Positions 1 through 10,865 are shown, numbered from the stretch's first letter. The stretch: DNA of 39,490 nt from Octopus bimaculoides (GCF_001194135.2 NC_068984.1:74518131-74557620); one strand, 5' to 3'. Program-made: numbers and translations. The notes: generated by a model from the letters alone, not told the origin.

Positions 1-19
1 TATATATATAAACACAAAC

Positions 20-130
20 ACAGAGGAAGACAGAGAGCGGGATAAAGAGAGAGGGGGAGAAAGAGAGGGAGGGGAGAAAGTGAGAGAGGGGAGAAAGTGA
101 GAGAGGGGAGAAAGAGAGAGAGAGAGGGAG
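20..130. repeat. GA-rich low-complexity tract with ~17-bp GAGAGAGGGGAGAAAGT units
   Basis: Almost purine-only tract; the unit recurs about three times between ~68 and ~118. Confidence 0.9.
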
Positions 131-2283
131 AATCACATTAACCAGGTTCATTTTTAACGCCGCAGCGTTTAAGTGGAGGGAATTTTGGCTGGCGTTTCTA
201 GCAAGTCTAACAGCTACATCGCAAACTTCTTCGTCATTGGCTTGCTATTGTCGTTCCTTATTATGGCCGTGTTGTTGATCATGGCGTTGTTCTTGTTGTC
301 GTTAATTTCAGTTAGTCCACCTTGTTCCCATTTCATTTGTTACTCCCGCTGCGCCTCACCGCACCCAAAAAACCGCTACCGTTGTTTTGTTCTTTTTCTT
401 TTTTACTTTACTGCAACTCTTGTCATATTTTTGTCAACGTTATTGTTTATTTTTGCTTTATAATTATATTTTATATTCAATATATAAAAGCTTTATAATA
501 CTTCATGTACTATATTGTTGGTGCTTTACATTTCACAGTGCTTATAATAATGATTTGTATGTACTTACCGCTGTCTGTCTATCTCTATCTGTCTGATTCA
601 TTGTGGTGTCTAATATTTGGTTTCTATGTGTATCTATGTATGCATAGTCGTCTGGAGGTGTGCTTCCTATTCTATTATTATATTTTTCTACTTTGAATTC
701 ATGTTGTTATATAATATTAATCGAAATCTGTATTGTAATACATCCAGCCAGCCATGTTAACACCCATCCAGCTATGAATAATAGGTGGCTGGTTAGGTGT
801 AAATAAAAAAGAAAAACAAAAAAAGGTGACAGAAATAGATTAAGAAGTTTACAACAATTCACGACGTGCATCCAGAGTTCAAATCCCACCAATGCTAACT
901 AGGTCTTTACTCTTCTAAAGTTGCTAAAATAGAGTACTAGAATATATTTAATTGCTTATACCTTCCTTTACATTTAGTTGTTTTTATTTTTTGTGTATCT
1001 TAGGATGGTCGTTATGCCAATAATAAATACACACACTGTTCAGTTTTATTTCTTTACTATTAGTAAACCGGTTAGCTATCTTTACCAACTGATCGATTAC
1101 TTACTTAATCACTCGATTATTCAATTTATTTTTGCCAATGTTTAAATAACTAATTACTCTCGTTTATGTGTATATGCGAGTGCATACGTCTGTGTTTGCG
1201 TTTTTATCTTATCTTTTAGTCACGATAGTATGCTGTATCCATCATACTTTACAGAGTCTTCAAGATTGGTGAAAGTTATCATCACAAAAGAGTTCTTGAA
1301 GTTATGTGATGGTTTTAATTTAAAACAAAACACTGGACAGTTAAAAAAAAACTCTTGCCTTGTCTCATGAACCAATCAGCTTTTATCGGGCTTAATCACA
1401 TAAATACTGCTGTCCATAATATTATTAAAACAGAAAAAACAGGAGAATGTTTAGAAACGAAACAAATTATTTTGACACCAAGTTAGAATATGCAGTCTTA
1501 GATATTGTCTTAATGTTGGCAATAGAATGACCCTCTGCAAGTACAACAACGATCTGACGATTTCACCTCAAAATTCTTGCAAAAGAAATACAAAAACTAC
1601 AAATAGTAGACATATGTCTGAAAAAAGAATGAAGGAATGATTCCCGTTGGAATACATTTGATCAGAGGACTATATGTTTTTATCAGAGCTAGCCTAAGTG
1701 TAACAAGATAAACAATATAAATAGTATCAGCAGTTGGAATCTTGTCGTAAATACTGAATGAACTCTCTGAAGTAACAGAAGTTACGTCAACGGGTCTTGT
1801 ACGCTCAGCAAGCTGAAATATAAACAGATTTATACAAAAATCTTATCTCCAAAACAATGGAAATGGTGTGGACATATATTATATTCTACTGAATCTCGAG
1901 AAACCTTGGGAATAAAAAGTCAATTGGAGTTGAAACTATTCTGCCACTTTTAAAATGAATTTTGACGTAGAATTTCTAATGAGACAAAGAAAAGAAGATA
2001 TATATCATGACATTATTGTCGGTAGAATGTCACAGGTGGTTAAAAGAGAAATAAAGAAAGAAAACTATCAACACCTGATGAGGTACATATTCTTAACGTT
2101 TAGAGGAAATAGTATGTGTAAAATTGCGTGGCCGATACAGCTAGGTCACAGAATGTCGACTTGGATTTCAGTATAAGACATTTGAGCCGGTTGTCAAATA
2201 CCATATCAACTCGTCGAATTCACCTGATTCTGACTGTTATGCGCCTACTTAGATACATCCATCCAACAAACTAACCAACAAAC

Positions 2284-2450
2284 CATACATACATACATAC
2301 ATACATACATACCTACATACATACATACATACATACATACATGCATACATGCATGCATGCATACATACATGCATACATACATACATACATACGTACATGC
2401 ATGCATGCATACATGCATACATGCATACATACATACATACATACATACAT
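2284..2450. repeat. (TACA)n/(TGCA)n compound tetranucleotide microsatellite
   Basis: Directly visible; source of the spurious MYVC/HTYI ORFs. Confidence 0.97.
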
Positions 2451-3059
2451 ATCAGAAAATAAAACTGAAATTTTCATTGTTTTGTGTTACACTCCTTCAA
2501 AACAGCCGAAGTTCTTTTCTTATATTAAATGGTAGTATAAGGATTAGATCTTTGGTCAATACGAGGTCAATAAGCAATAAAATTACTATCTATAAGCCTC
2601 ATTTTGACAAAATTATTAGTTCCACAAGTATACGTATGTATTTTTTGCACGCATACACATTTACACCACAAACACACAAACACACACATACACACATATA
2701 CACATACACACACATATGCATTTAATCTTGTATGCCTGGTATGTGTATCTGGGGATAACATGGGGTCAACCAGCTCCGAGAAATGTTACATAATAGAGTT
2801 CTGGTGTATAAAGACACTTTTGTTGATTAGTTTCAAGCCTGCACTGAAGGAGCAAGATGAAAATGTAGGGCCTTTTAGCCATGACCATCTCATTTGTTTT
2901 TCAGATATTTTAACAATGATAATCTCTCGAATCCTAGAAAGATGGTTCTGCTGTTCTTTTCTTAACAACTTGCTCAGACGATTTGTGTGTAGCGATAAAA
3001 TGGTTGTGTTGCACATTTGCTCACTCTCTCAAATTGCCATTACTTGTAGAGATGCATGA

Positions 3060-3208
3060 AAGGCCACACTTCAGATGTCGAAGTGATTGTAGAGCAATGT
3101 GAGATGAAATGTTTTGCTAAAGAGCACAACGCGCTGTCTAGCCCGGGAATCGAACCCACGATTTCGTGATCGTGACAACACCCTAACCATTAGTCTACGC
3201 GTCCTCAC
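3060..3208 (-). mobile_element. tRNA-derived SINE (head plus CORE-like segment)
   Basis: Minus strand reads GTGAGGACGCGTAGACTAATGGTTAGGGTGTTG (A-box-like), GGGTTCGATTCC (B box, 3146-3157), then GCGCGTTGTGCTCTTTAGCAAAACATTTC, resembling the CORE-SINE motif TGTGnCCTTGnGCAAGnCACTT. Confidence 0.85.
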
Positions 3209-3229
3209 AGTGTTTCAAGATGTAGTGCA

Positions 3230-5660
3230 TCCCAAACTACATCATCTACTGTTCTTCTTTAACGCGGGAATGTTTTAATTTGTGGGAACTCTGACTACTA
3301 TTTTCAGCAAGTCAAATGACTGCGTGCAACATATGATTCTATTGTTATTACTGATGTCTTTTCGCCTCAGTACATCCCTGTATTCAATGGCATTCCAGCT
3401 GCCATTATTCCTTATTTCCCCAATGAATGAGGAACTCAGCACTTCATTATCTGACGTCTCCTTTTAAGACAGTGCAGTATGATTAAAAAAAAAGTGGGCG
3501 CTACTTCTAGCAAGTTGATCACCTCATAGAAGCTCCCTCTATAATAGATATATAATTTTGTTGTTGTAGCCGTTGTTATTTTATGATAGTTCTGCCCGAT
3601 GAGGGTTACCTCATCGGGCAGAACTATCATCAAAAGCGTTACAGGTTTGACTATCCTATCGTTTTTGCTTATGAGAACTAAATTTCTTAAGTATCTTTTT
3701 TTTAACGTAGTAATGTTCGATTTAAAGGTGGTTTAGCTATTATTTTCTGTAAGCTCAGTGACTATATCATGAAAATTTCACGTTGTCTTATGTTCTGCTG
3801 CATTGTAGTAAAGTGTGGACAGTGTGTTACTGTTGTTTTTGTTTAGCCCCAGCTAGAACCCAAACGAACAGACATCTAATCAAAGGCATTCTAACTATGG
3901 CCATCCTTCTTATTTTCATAAGTAGTCGACCTTAAACTGCATTATACTTCACTGCTTCCTTTATTAAAATATTAAGTCGTTCTTTCAGGAAGATTTACAT
4001 TCTCTTTCAAGCTGGTTGAGCTATTATATTGACTTACTTGTAATGTTGTTTAGCTCTAAATTAGCCCAGATAGAGCAGACTTATCATATTTGCCTGCAAG
4101 ACACACTTGTGCATGGTTTAGCATTGCTGCGTGAGTAAGTCACCTCCCAGTTTTTTCTATTAAAAAGCAAGTATAAAATAACAACGTCCAAATACGGTAT
4201 ATCTGAAGCATTCCAGTCGTCACCATCCCGTATTTTTTCAAGGGGGTGGATATACTTTAGACTATATTATTCAATTTGCCCTACACTTTATAAAGACGGC
4301 ATAACGTAGTTAGAGTGAGATTCAACTACTACTTGCAAATCTACCTGGCTCATTGTTAAGGTGTTGTTTTACGTCAATGATTAAATATATTCCAGCTATG
4401 ACCATAATTTTTTCCTAAGTACAGGGAACGCAGAAGCACATTATCTAACGTATCCTTTTCTTTTTATATAAAACGGTAGAGGGAGATTTGTTGGCTGTTT
4501 TTAGGAGATCAAGCAACATTGTCGAAGCTCCCTCCTTGCGACGTGTTATGTTGTGCAATGTTAAAATTGTGTGGCGACGAGTCGCTAGCCTCTAGAGCAT
4601 TGGGACACGAGCAATGGCGTGGTGTATTGTTCGCATGGCAATGTATGGCATGGCATGGGTTGGTTTTGTATGGTGTAGTGTAGTACGGTGTGATATAATC
4701 TGATATTTGTAACGATCTATATGCGGAGGTAGTGTCACTATAGGGTTAGATTTAACTTGCAGGGAGTGGGAAAACGGATGTTATGTTATATTTGCTCGAT
4801 GACATTTTATTGTTGGTTGCTGGGATGTCATCATCTTTTAAACATCAACCATTAAAAAGAAAAAAGAAAATCAACTAAAAAAAGAACTAAAAAGACATAA
4901 ATATACAGTTACAAGCATGATTTTTTTTTAATGTTCTATGTTTCAAGCTATCATCATTGTATTTAATAGCTATAATTTATAGCTACTTCGTTTTGATATC
5001 AAATATATTTCTTTTTGTTTTATATTTATTTTGTTCTTTTTGAGGAAGAATTTTTGACATTTTATTGTACTTGCTTTCTTTTGTCCGATTTTCTTCTTTT
5101 CTTTTAATTTCCCTTTACTTTATAAACTCAATCAGGTCAGACGAAAGCTTATTTTGTTACCATTGCGTTGTGATTTGTCGTCAGTTTGTTTTACAAGATA
5201 GTTTTCCATAACTTCGTTATCGTCGTTGTTGTTTAGCTCCAAGTTAATTTTGATAAAGCTGGCCAATTTTTGCTATCTTGGTCGAGACCGTTCCGTTTTC
5301 GCTTTTATTTATAAAAAATTCCCATAGGCAGTAAATTTGAGATCCCTTTATCCAACGCATTATTTTCTACTGCAGTATTATATGATGCAGTTTGATGTAG
5401 GTCAACCAATCACATAGAGGCACCTAAGTTGCCTCGATCTACCGTTGCTGATTTTGATATTGCGTGGCTTCAAGTCAGCATTGATCGAACAAACCTATGA
5501 TCAAAGGTACTCGAATCGTGACCATCCCATTTGGTTTCTATGTGCATAGAACTCAGAACACATTATCCTGTGTGACCTTTTTCTAAGATGATATAGTGTG
5601 ATGTAAAGGATATTTAGGGATTTGATACATCCAATGCTGTTAGTCACATCAGACCAGCAA
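3230..5660 (+). repeat. Cluster of at least 6 degenerate copies of a ~200-bp interspersed repeat module
   Basis: Recurring ordered motifs: GTTTAGCYC (3841, ~4050, ~5231), ATCAAAGG (3879, 5500), ACCATCCC-like (3899, 4221, 4400, 5520), TTCTAGCAAGT (3505; also 196-206), GAAGCTCCCTC (3529, 4524). Confidence 0.75.
3583..3630. other. Perfect 22-bp inverted repeat with 4-nt loop
   Basis: ATGATAGTTCTGCCCGATGAGG-GTTA-CCTCATCGGGCAGAACTATCAT; the arms are exact reverse complements. Confidence 0.98.
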
Positions 5661-6620
5661 GAAAGCTGATACAATTGTTATGTGGAAGAACGGTAGCAAG
5701 CTGCTATCGCTGACAAACCAACAAATCTGAATCTACTAGACTTGTCACGTAGAACATCGGCAGCAGGCAAGCATTTGAAGCTGATGACGCTGAAATGTTA
5801 AACTCTACATATGGTCGGCCAGACAGCGCAGCTTGACTGTTCGTTCCACCACACGGAACAACAATCGGCAAAATTCTATTGCTGGTGTAATGTCATGTAG
5901 AACACGACCTATGCGTAATCGAACTGCCTCGTGACAGGAAATGAAGTGAAGGTGAGTATTCGTTGGCTTAAAACCAGAAGCTTCGGGAAGATGTGGCCGT
6001 TTGTCTTAACCTGAAATTTCCAACCCTGTACTTCTATTGCCTTGCAGCTATACTCACTGATGGAAATGGCTAAAAAAGTAAACTCAAGAAAAAAGTCTGA
6101 AGCCGGAGTTCCAAAGTGGCCAATGAAGAGAATTTAAACAATCCATTGACTGACAACTCATTCAAATGTTGAAACTACAATACATAGCAATTTTTCTGCA
6201 AGCGGACTTTTCCTTTCGAGATCAGAAGGATATAATATACTCTGTGCTAAGACTTTATCACGATATGTTTACACAGATTTTATGTTGGCGATATTCTTTT
6301 CCGTCCTCCAAAAGTCCTGCAGCGATAGACAAACAGTGGACCAACAGGCAGCGATGACTAATGAATTGCAGCTATAACCTGTAATTAGGACACCCTTGGA
6401 GAACTACTCGTTGGTCTTCTCTAAAGATACTGCCGAACAGGTGTCCGACAGCATCAAGATGGACTAGATAAACCATATGCGATCAGCGCTACGCACACTG
6501 TAATCAGGAAGGAGACTGCTAAGGATAGCCTAAACGTCGTTTGCACTACTTTATCTGGCCAGCCATATCAGGGAGATCACTCAGATATGTGGTCGAAATC
6601 AAAAGAAAGCGAATTTTCTT

Positions 6621-7160
6621 TTAGGGGCATGGAATATCCGTATACCTTAATGGACTAGAAGAACTCAGTAAGGCCTCAAAAGAGAACAACGTTCATAGCC
6701 AAGGAACGTGCTCATTACAACACAAACATTGTAATCTTGAGTAAAACCAACCTTGCAGATGAGTGGATATATATATACGCTTCCACCATAATCAACCCTG
6801 ATTAAGCTCTTAAAAGTTGTGCTCTGTCCTAGCGGACGACCAGCTCATTTTGTTGGCAGATTTCAACGCCCGAGTTGGGCAGGATTTTGATCAATGATAC
6901 AGAATGTTCAAAGACAAAGTGTTGGAAAGATGAACAATAACGGCCTTCTCCTTCTTAGCAAATGAGGAGTCTTGAACTTATCATCCCAAATACAATTTTC
7001 GGAATAGCTAAACGACTACAAGGCTACATGGAGACTTCTCAGAGTAAAACAATGTCGTTTGACAGATTATATCAATGTTCGCCAGTGCGATATCCAGGTT
7101 CAGCTATGAGAAACGCATTGTGTTGGAAAAACCATAGACTCGTTCGCACTACCGTCAAAC
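6621..7160 (+). mobile_element. RTE-clade LINE relic, APE endonuclease domain (degenerate; RT absent)
   Basis: Manual translation across stops and frameshifts: LGAWNIR (6621), RPQKRTTFIAKE, LILLADFNARVG (ADFNARVG 6856-6879), KMNNNGLLLLSK, LIIPNTIF, CWKNHRLVRTTVKL (HRLV 7133-7144), the motif order of RTE endonucleases. Probable 5' UTR extends to ~6400. Confidence 0.85.
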
Positions 7161-7521
7161 TGCGCAGTGCCTAGACTCACAAAGAGCTCCCGAAAACGAT
7201 ATAACTGCACCTCAACGTCTCTAAACTACAGTACAAAGACGACAAACCATTCTTAATAAGAAATACTCAGTTTTTTTAGCTTAAAAATAAACTCGGAAAC
7301 AATGAAATTCACCTGCCATGTGTACCAACAACGCTCCATCATAGACTACAATACCGTTGTGTTTTCTTAAATACCATATGGCACCACAGCTATTCTAAGA
7401 GAAGAGGTGGAACAGAGAAGCCGTTCAGGAGTCGATCAAATAAGAGGTAGAAAGACAACCACCAAGTTCATCTAGAAAGGAAACAAACTAGGCTGAACTT
7501 GAGAGTATAACTGCCGACTGA

Positions 7522-7523
<2 letters not shown>

Positions 7524-7574
<51 letters not shown>
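7524..7574. repeat. (GT)n microsatellite
   Basis: Directly visible. Confidence 0.98.
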
Positions 7575-7577
<3 letters not shown>

Positions 7578-7989
7578 ACGCTCACTATATGGGAGATATA
7601 GAATAGCACCTAGTCTCGTACACAACTACCAGTTATCTATGCCTCAATAGCAAAAGCGTACCAGTGCATTTGATATCCGCTTCAGATATAATAGGAGTGG
7701 CCATAGAGGATCACAGTACGACACATCATCTTCACGGAATACGGGATGTGTGTCTGTGCATATATATATGTGTGTGTGTCCGTGCATATATATATGTGTG
7801 TATATATATCCATTCATCCATACATGCAAACATACATACATGCATACATGCCTACATAAACAGATATATATTTATACACACATATCACTGGATAACAGCA
7901 TTGACCAGACAATCGGCTGTTATGATGTACCGCTGGTCACAATGCGCTTCGTCACATTGTTGTAGCTTTCGAATGATACCTCCCCTCTG

Positions 7990-8177
7990 GCTAGACGGAC
8001 AAGTCAACAATTCTCTTGAACAGAACGCCAGTCCGTCGTAGGGTTACCCACTAATAGCTGTGTTGACTGAAGTATCGTGAAATAAAGTGCTTCGCTCAAG
8101 ACCACAGCGCGCCTCCAGCTTGATAATCGAGAACACGATCTCATGAGCAACACCATAACCACTAGGCCAAGTGCCTC
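7990..8177 (-). mobile_element. tRNA/CORE-type SINE, degenerate
   Basis: Minus strand: GAGGCACTTGGCCTAGTGGTTATGGTGTTGCTC head, GCGCTGTGGTCTTGAGCGAAGCACTTTATTTCAC CORE-like segment, then CCCTACGACGGACTGGCGTTCTGTTCAAG. Confidence 0.75.
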
Positions 8178-8950
8178 GAAACGCACACATATAATACAAC
8201 AACATATGTACATGTGTGTATGTATTCATGTATCTATCTATATGCGAGTGTATAAGTGAATGTGTGTGTAAATGTATAGGTAGGTAGGAAGGAAGATAAA
8301 TATATAGATAGATAAACAGACAGACAGGCAGATAGATAGATAAATAGATAAATATACACACACATTGAAACACAGACCATACACATACTGACAAGCATGC
8401 AATAATCCCGAACGCCAGTGTAGTGTCATATTCGAAATAGTAATATTACTCACTGTAAAAAGTAAAAAGAGACTTATATAAAGCAGAGAATATGACAAAG
8501 AAGAAGAAGAAACAAATAAAAAATTGCTGGTGTCATAAAAGGCACGTGCGAGGCTTGAGAGACACGATAAACCCGTCACTAAACATGCACCACCCTTTAA
8601 ACACCCCACGACTAAACCTACAGTAATCCAAGTCAAAGATAAAGATAAGCAGTCACGGGTACGTATATGGGAGTGTTTGTGTTTGTGTAATACATTTGTA
8701 CACACACATACGCATACACACACACACACACTCTCTCACACACACACATGAATATCTCTGTTTGTGTGTGCGTATGAATGTATGTATGTATATGTATATA
8801 TATATNNNNNNNNNNNNNNNNNNNNNNNNNNNNNNNNNNNNNNNNNNNNNNNNNNNNNNNNNNNNNNNNNNNNNNNNNNNNNNNNNNNNNNNNNNNNNNN
8901 NNNNNNNNNNNNNNNNNNNNNNAATAATACAAATAATAATAATAAGAATT

Positions 8951-9040
8951 ATTTCTTTATTAACCACAAGGGCTGGTAAAAATCGAGGACAGTACAAGAA
9001 AATACAGAATGGGATTATATAAAAACTGCGTCAAAAGGAA
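8951..9040 (-). mobile_element. Isolated 3' tail of a non-LTR element inside an (ATT)n array
   Basis: Minus strand ends CAGCCCTTGTGGTTAATAAAGAAAT then (ATT)n; homologous to the tail at 9161-9189. Confidence 0.65.
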
Positions 9041-9042
<2 letters not shown>

Positions 9043-9105
<63 letters not shown>

Positions 9106-9130
9106 CAATAATAATAATAACAATGATAAT
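9043..9130. repeat. (AAT)n microsatellite
   Basis: Directly visible. Confidence 0.98.
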
Positions 9131-9160
9131 AAATAGCAAATCTACAATAATAGTAATGTT

Positions 9161-10290
9161 ATTACTTTTGTTATTGGCTACAAGGGCTGCAAAAAAGCTA
9201 TTTACGAAAATACAGGAACAAAGTAAAAGGGGAACTTACTTAAACAAATGTGAGCACTGAGAACAATAGCAAGACAAATAGCAAGATAAATATATCAAAA
9301 TTCCCCAGTAGTGGGGATACACCACTGAGGGGTAATCAAGGAATCCTCACAGATCCCGAGTCACCTTGATCACCAAGTGTACCATAGCAAGTGCTTCTCT
9401 ATCCTCTCTATATTCAGTTTGCATACTTCGAGTAGGTCCAATCACTCGAACCATTCTCACAACATTCGCATAACTTTCAAAGTGTCTGGAACACAGCATT
9501 CTCCCTCCACCCTTACCTTCTTTATCAGATAAAACTTGGAAATGTTGAAGATGGCTGGTAGTTTCTGTACTTTTTTGTGTTGTATTTGTTGTTATTTTTT
9601 GTCGGTATTGAAATTGTGATGGTAGTAGTGGAGGCCTTTCAGCAGTGATCTCTGCTGTTGTTAGGGGCAGAATGTCTTGAGATGATTAGTGTTTCCACAG
9701 TTGTTGCATCGAGGTTTTACATCTTTCACAACCACCTACTGTTACTGCCCTTCTTGGATCTCTATTTGGTAGAGAATTTTGTTCAGTAACTCAGGTTTTA
9801 TCTATATCAAAATCTCCAACTCCATCTTGACGAAGTTTTCTTTTCGGAATCTTTATAGTCCCCATAGCTTGCTAGATTCTTCCAAAACTACACATTTCAG
9901 CTCCCAGCAGATGTCTAGTTCCCGTGATACGTTAGAGATTTTTACTGGGATAATTCTCCATCTTAGATACATAAGTATTACTGTAAAATTTTCAGTTCGT
10001 TGTGGGACGATGGAGTGCTTTTGACCCAGGGTTTCTAGGCGAAAAACATCTTTGATGTATCCGCATTCTTAGTAACTTGCTATTTGTTTTTTAAATAGAG
10101 TTCAGCATAATCTGAAGGCATGCGCTCTAGCTTGTATATTGCCGTCGATAAGTATCTATGAATAACAGTTTTCCTTTCTGTTAGGTCGTAATGATGTTGT
10201 GTATATAGAGCGTAATGTTTTTGTTTTAGTCTGTTGATGTGATTTTCCGCCGCTATCAAATGTTCATATGTATTGTTTAATGCGATGAAA
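9161..10290 (-). mobile_element. Degenerate non-LTR element encoding a gag-like ORF1 with CCHC zinc knuckle; no ORF2
   Basis: Minus-strand translation: ORF 10080-10298 (TERKTVIHRY), then TENFTVILMYLRWRIIPVKISNVSRELDICW, then KDVKPRCNNCGNTNHLKTFCP (CX2CX4HX4C at 9667-9708), low-complexity tail, and 3' end CAGCCCTTGTAGCCAATAACAAAAG at 9161-9189 next to (ATT)n. Several stops and frameshifts. Confidence 0.75.
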
Positions 10291-10299
10291 TCAAACAAG

Positions 10300-10454
10300 G
10301 TTTGGTTCTTGGCATCTAAGGTTACTTGTAGTATCTCGAACGGTTGAAAGGCAACGTCGACCTGGGCGGAATTTGAACTCAGAACGAAAAGATGGACGAA
10401 ATGCCGCTAAGTATTTTGCCCGGTGTGCTAACGATTCTGAAAGCTCTCCGCTTT
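10300..10454 (-). mobile_element. tRNA-derived SINE (GGCGGCGAGCTGGCAGAA family)
   Basis: Minus strand GCGGAGAGCTTTCAGAATCGTTAGCACACCGGGC...GTTCTGAGTTCAAATTCCGCCCAGGTCGAC; B-box-like GAGTTCAAATTCC; matches the 25340 copy. Confidence 0.9.
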
Positions 10455-10491
10455 AATAGCAATCATAATAATTATTATTACGAATTTTAGA

Positions 10492-10712
10492 AAGGCAGAT
10501 ACATTGCAGAATCGTTAGCACTCCAGATGAAATGCTTAGTAGTATTTCGTCTGTCGCTACGTTCTGAGTTCAAATTCCGCCGAGATCAACTTTGCCTTTC
10601 ATCCTTTCGGGGTCGATAGATTAAGTGCCATTCAAGAGCTGGAGTCAATGTGATCGTTTTACCCGCTCCCCACCAATTTCAGGTCTTGTGCCTTTATTAG
10701 AAAGAATTATTA
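10492..10712 (+). mobile_element. tRNA-derived SINE (same family), near full length
   Basis: GCAGAATCGTTAGCAC...GTTCTGAGTTCAAATTCCGCCGAGATCAACTTTGCCTTTCATCCTTTCGGGGTCGATA...CTTGTGCC, ending in an ATT tail. Confidence 0.92.
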
Positions 10713-10769
10713 TGAGTGCCAGAGATTGCTGTCACTGGTACTCATATTTGGCTGATTCGATTAAAATAA

Positions 10770-10865
10770 CGAGAAATAAAGTGCTGTGCTCAACGACACA
10801 GTGTATCATCCGGTAAGTGGATCGATTCCATCATCTTACGATCGTGAGCCTAGCACCTAAATCTC
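10770..10865 (-). mobile_element. Degenerate tRNA/CORE-type SINE fragment
   Basis: Plus-strand GAAATAAAGTGCTGTGCTCAACGACACA...GATCGATTCC...GATCGTGAG parallels the 3060 and 7990 copies. Confidence 0.6.

Noticed and set aside
2071-2105. CTGATGAGGTAC...AACGTTT as a hammerhead
   Set aside because: No GAAA and no stem II; at most a decayed relic.
5721-5750. CTGATGACGCTGAAATG as a hammerhead
   Set aside because: Only 4 nt between CUGAUGA and GAAA, so stem II cannot form; stem I is also absent.
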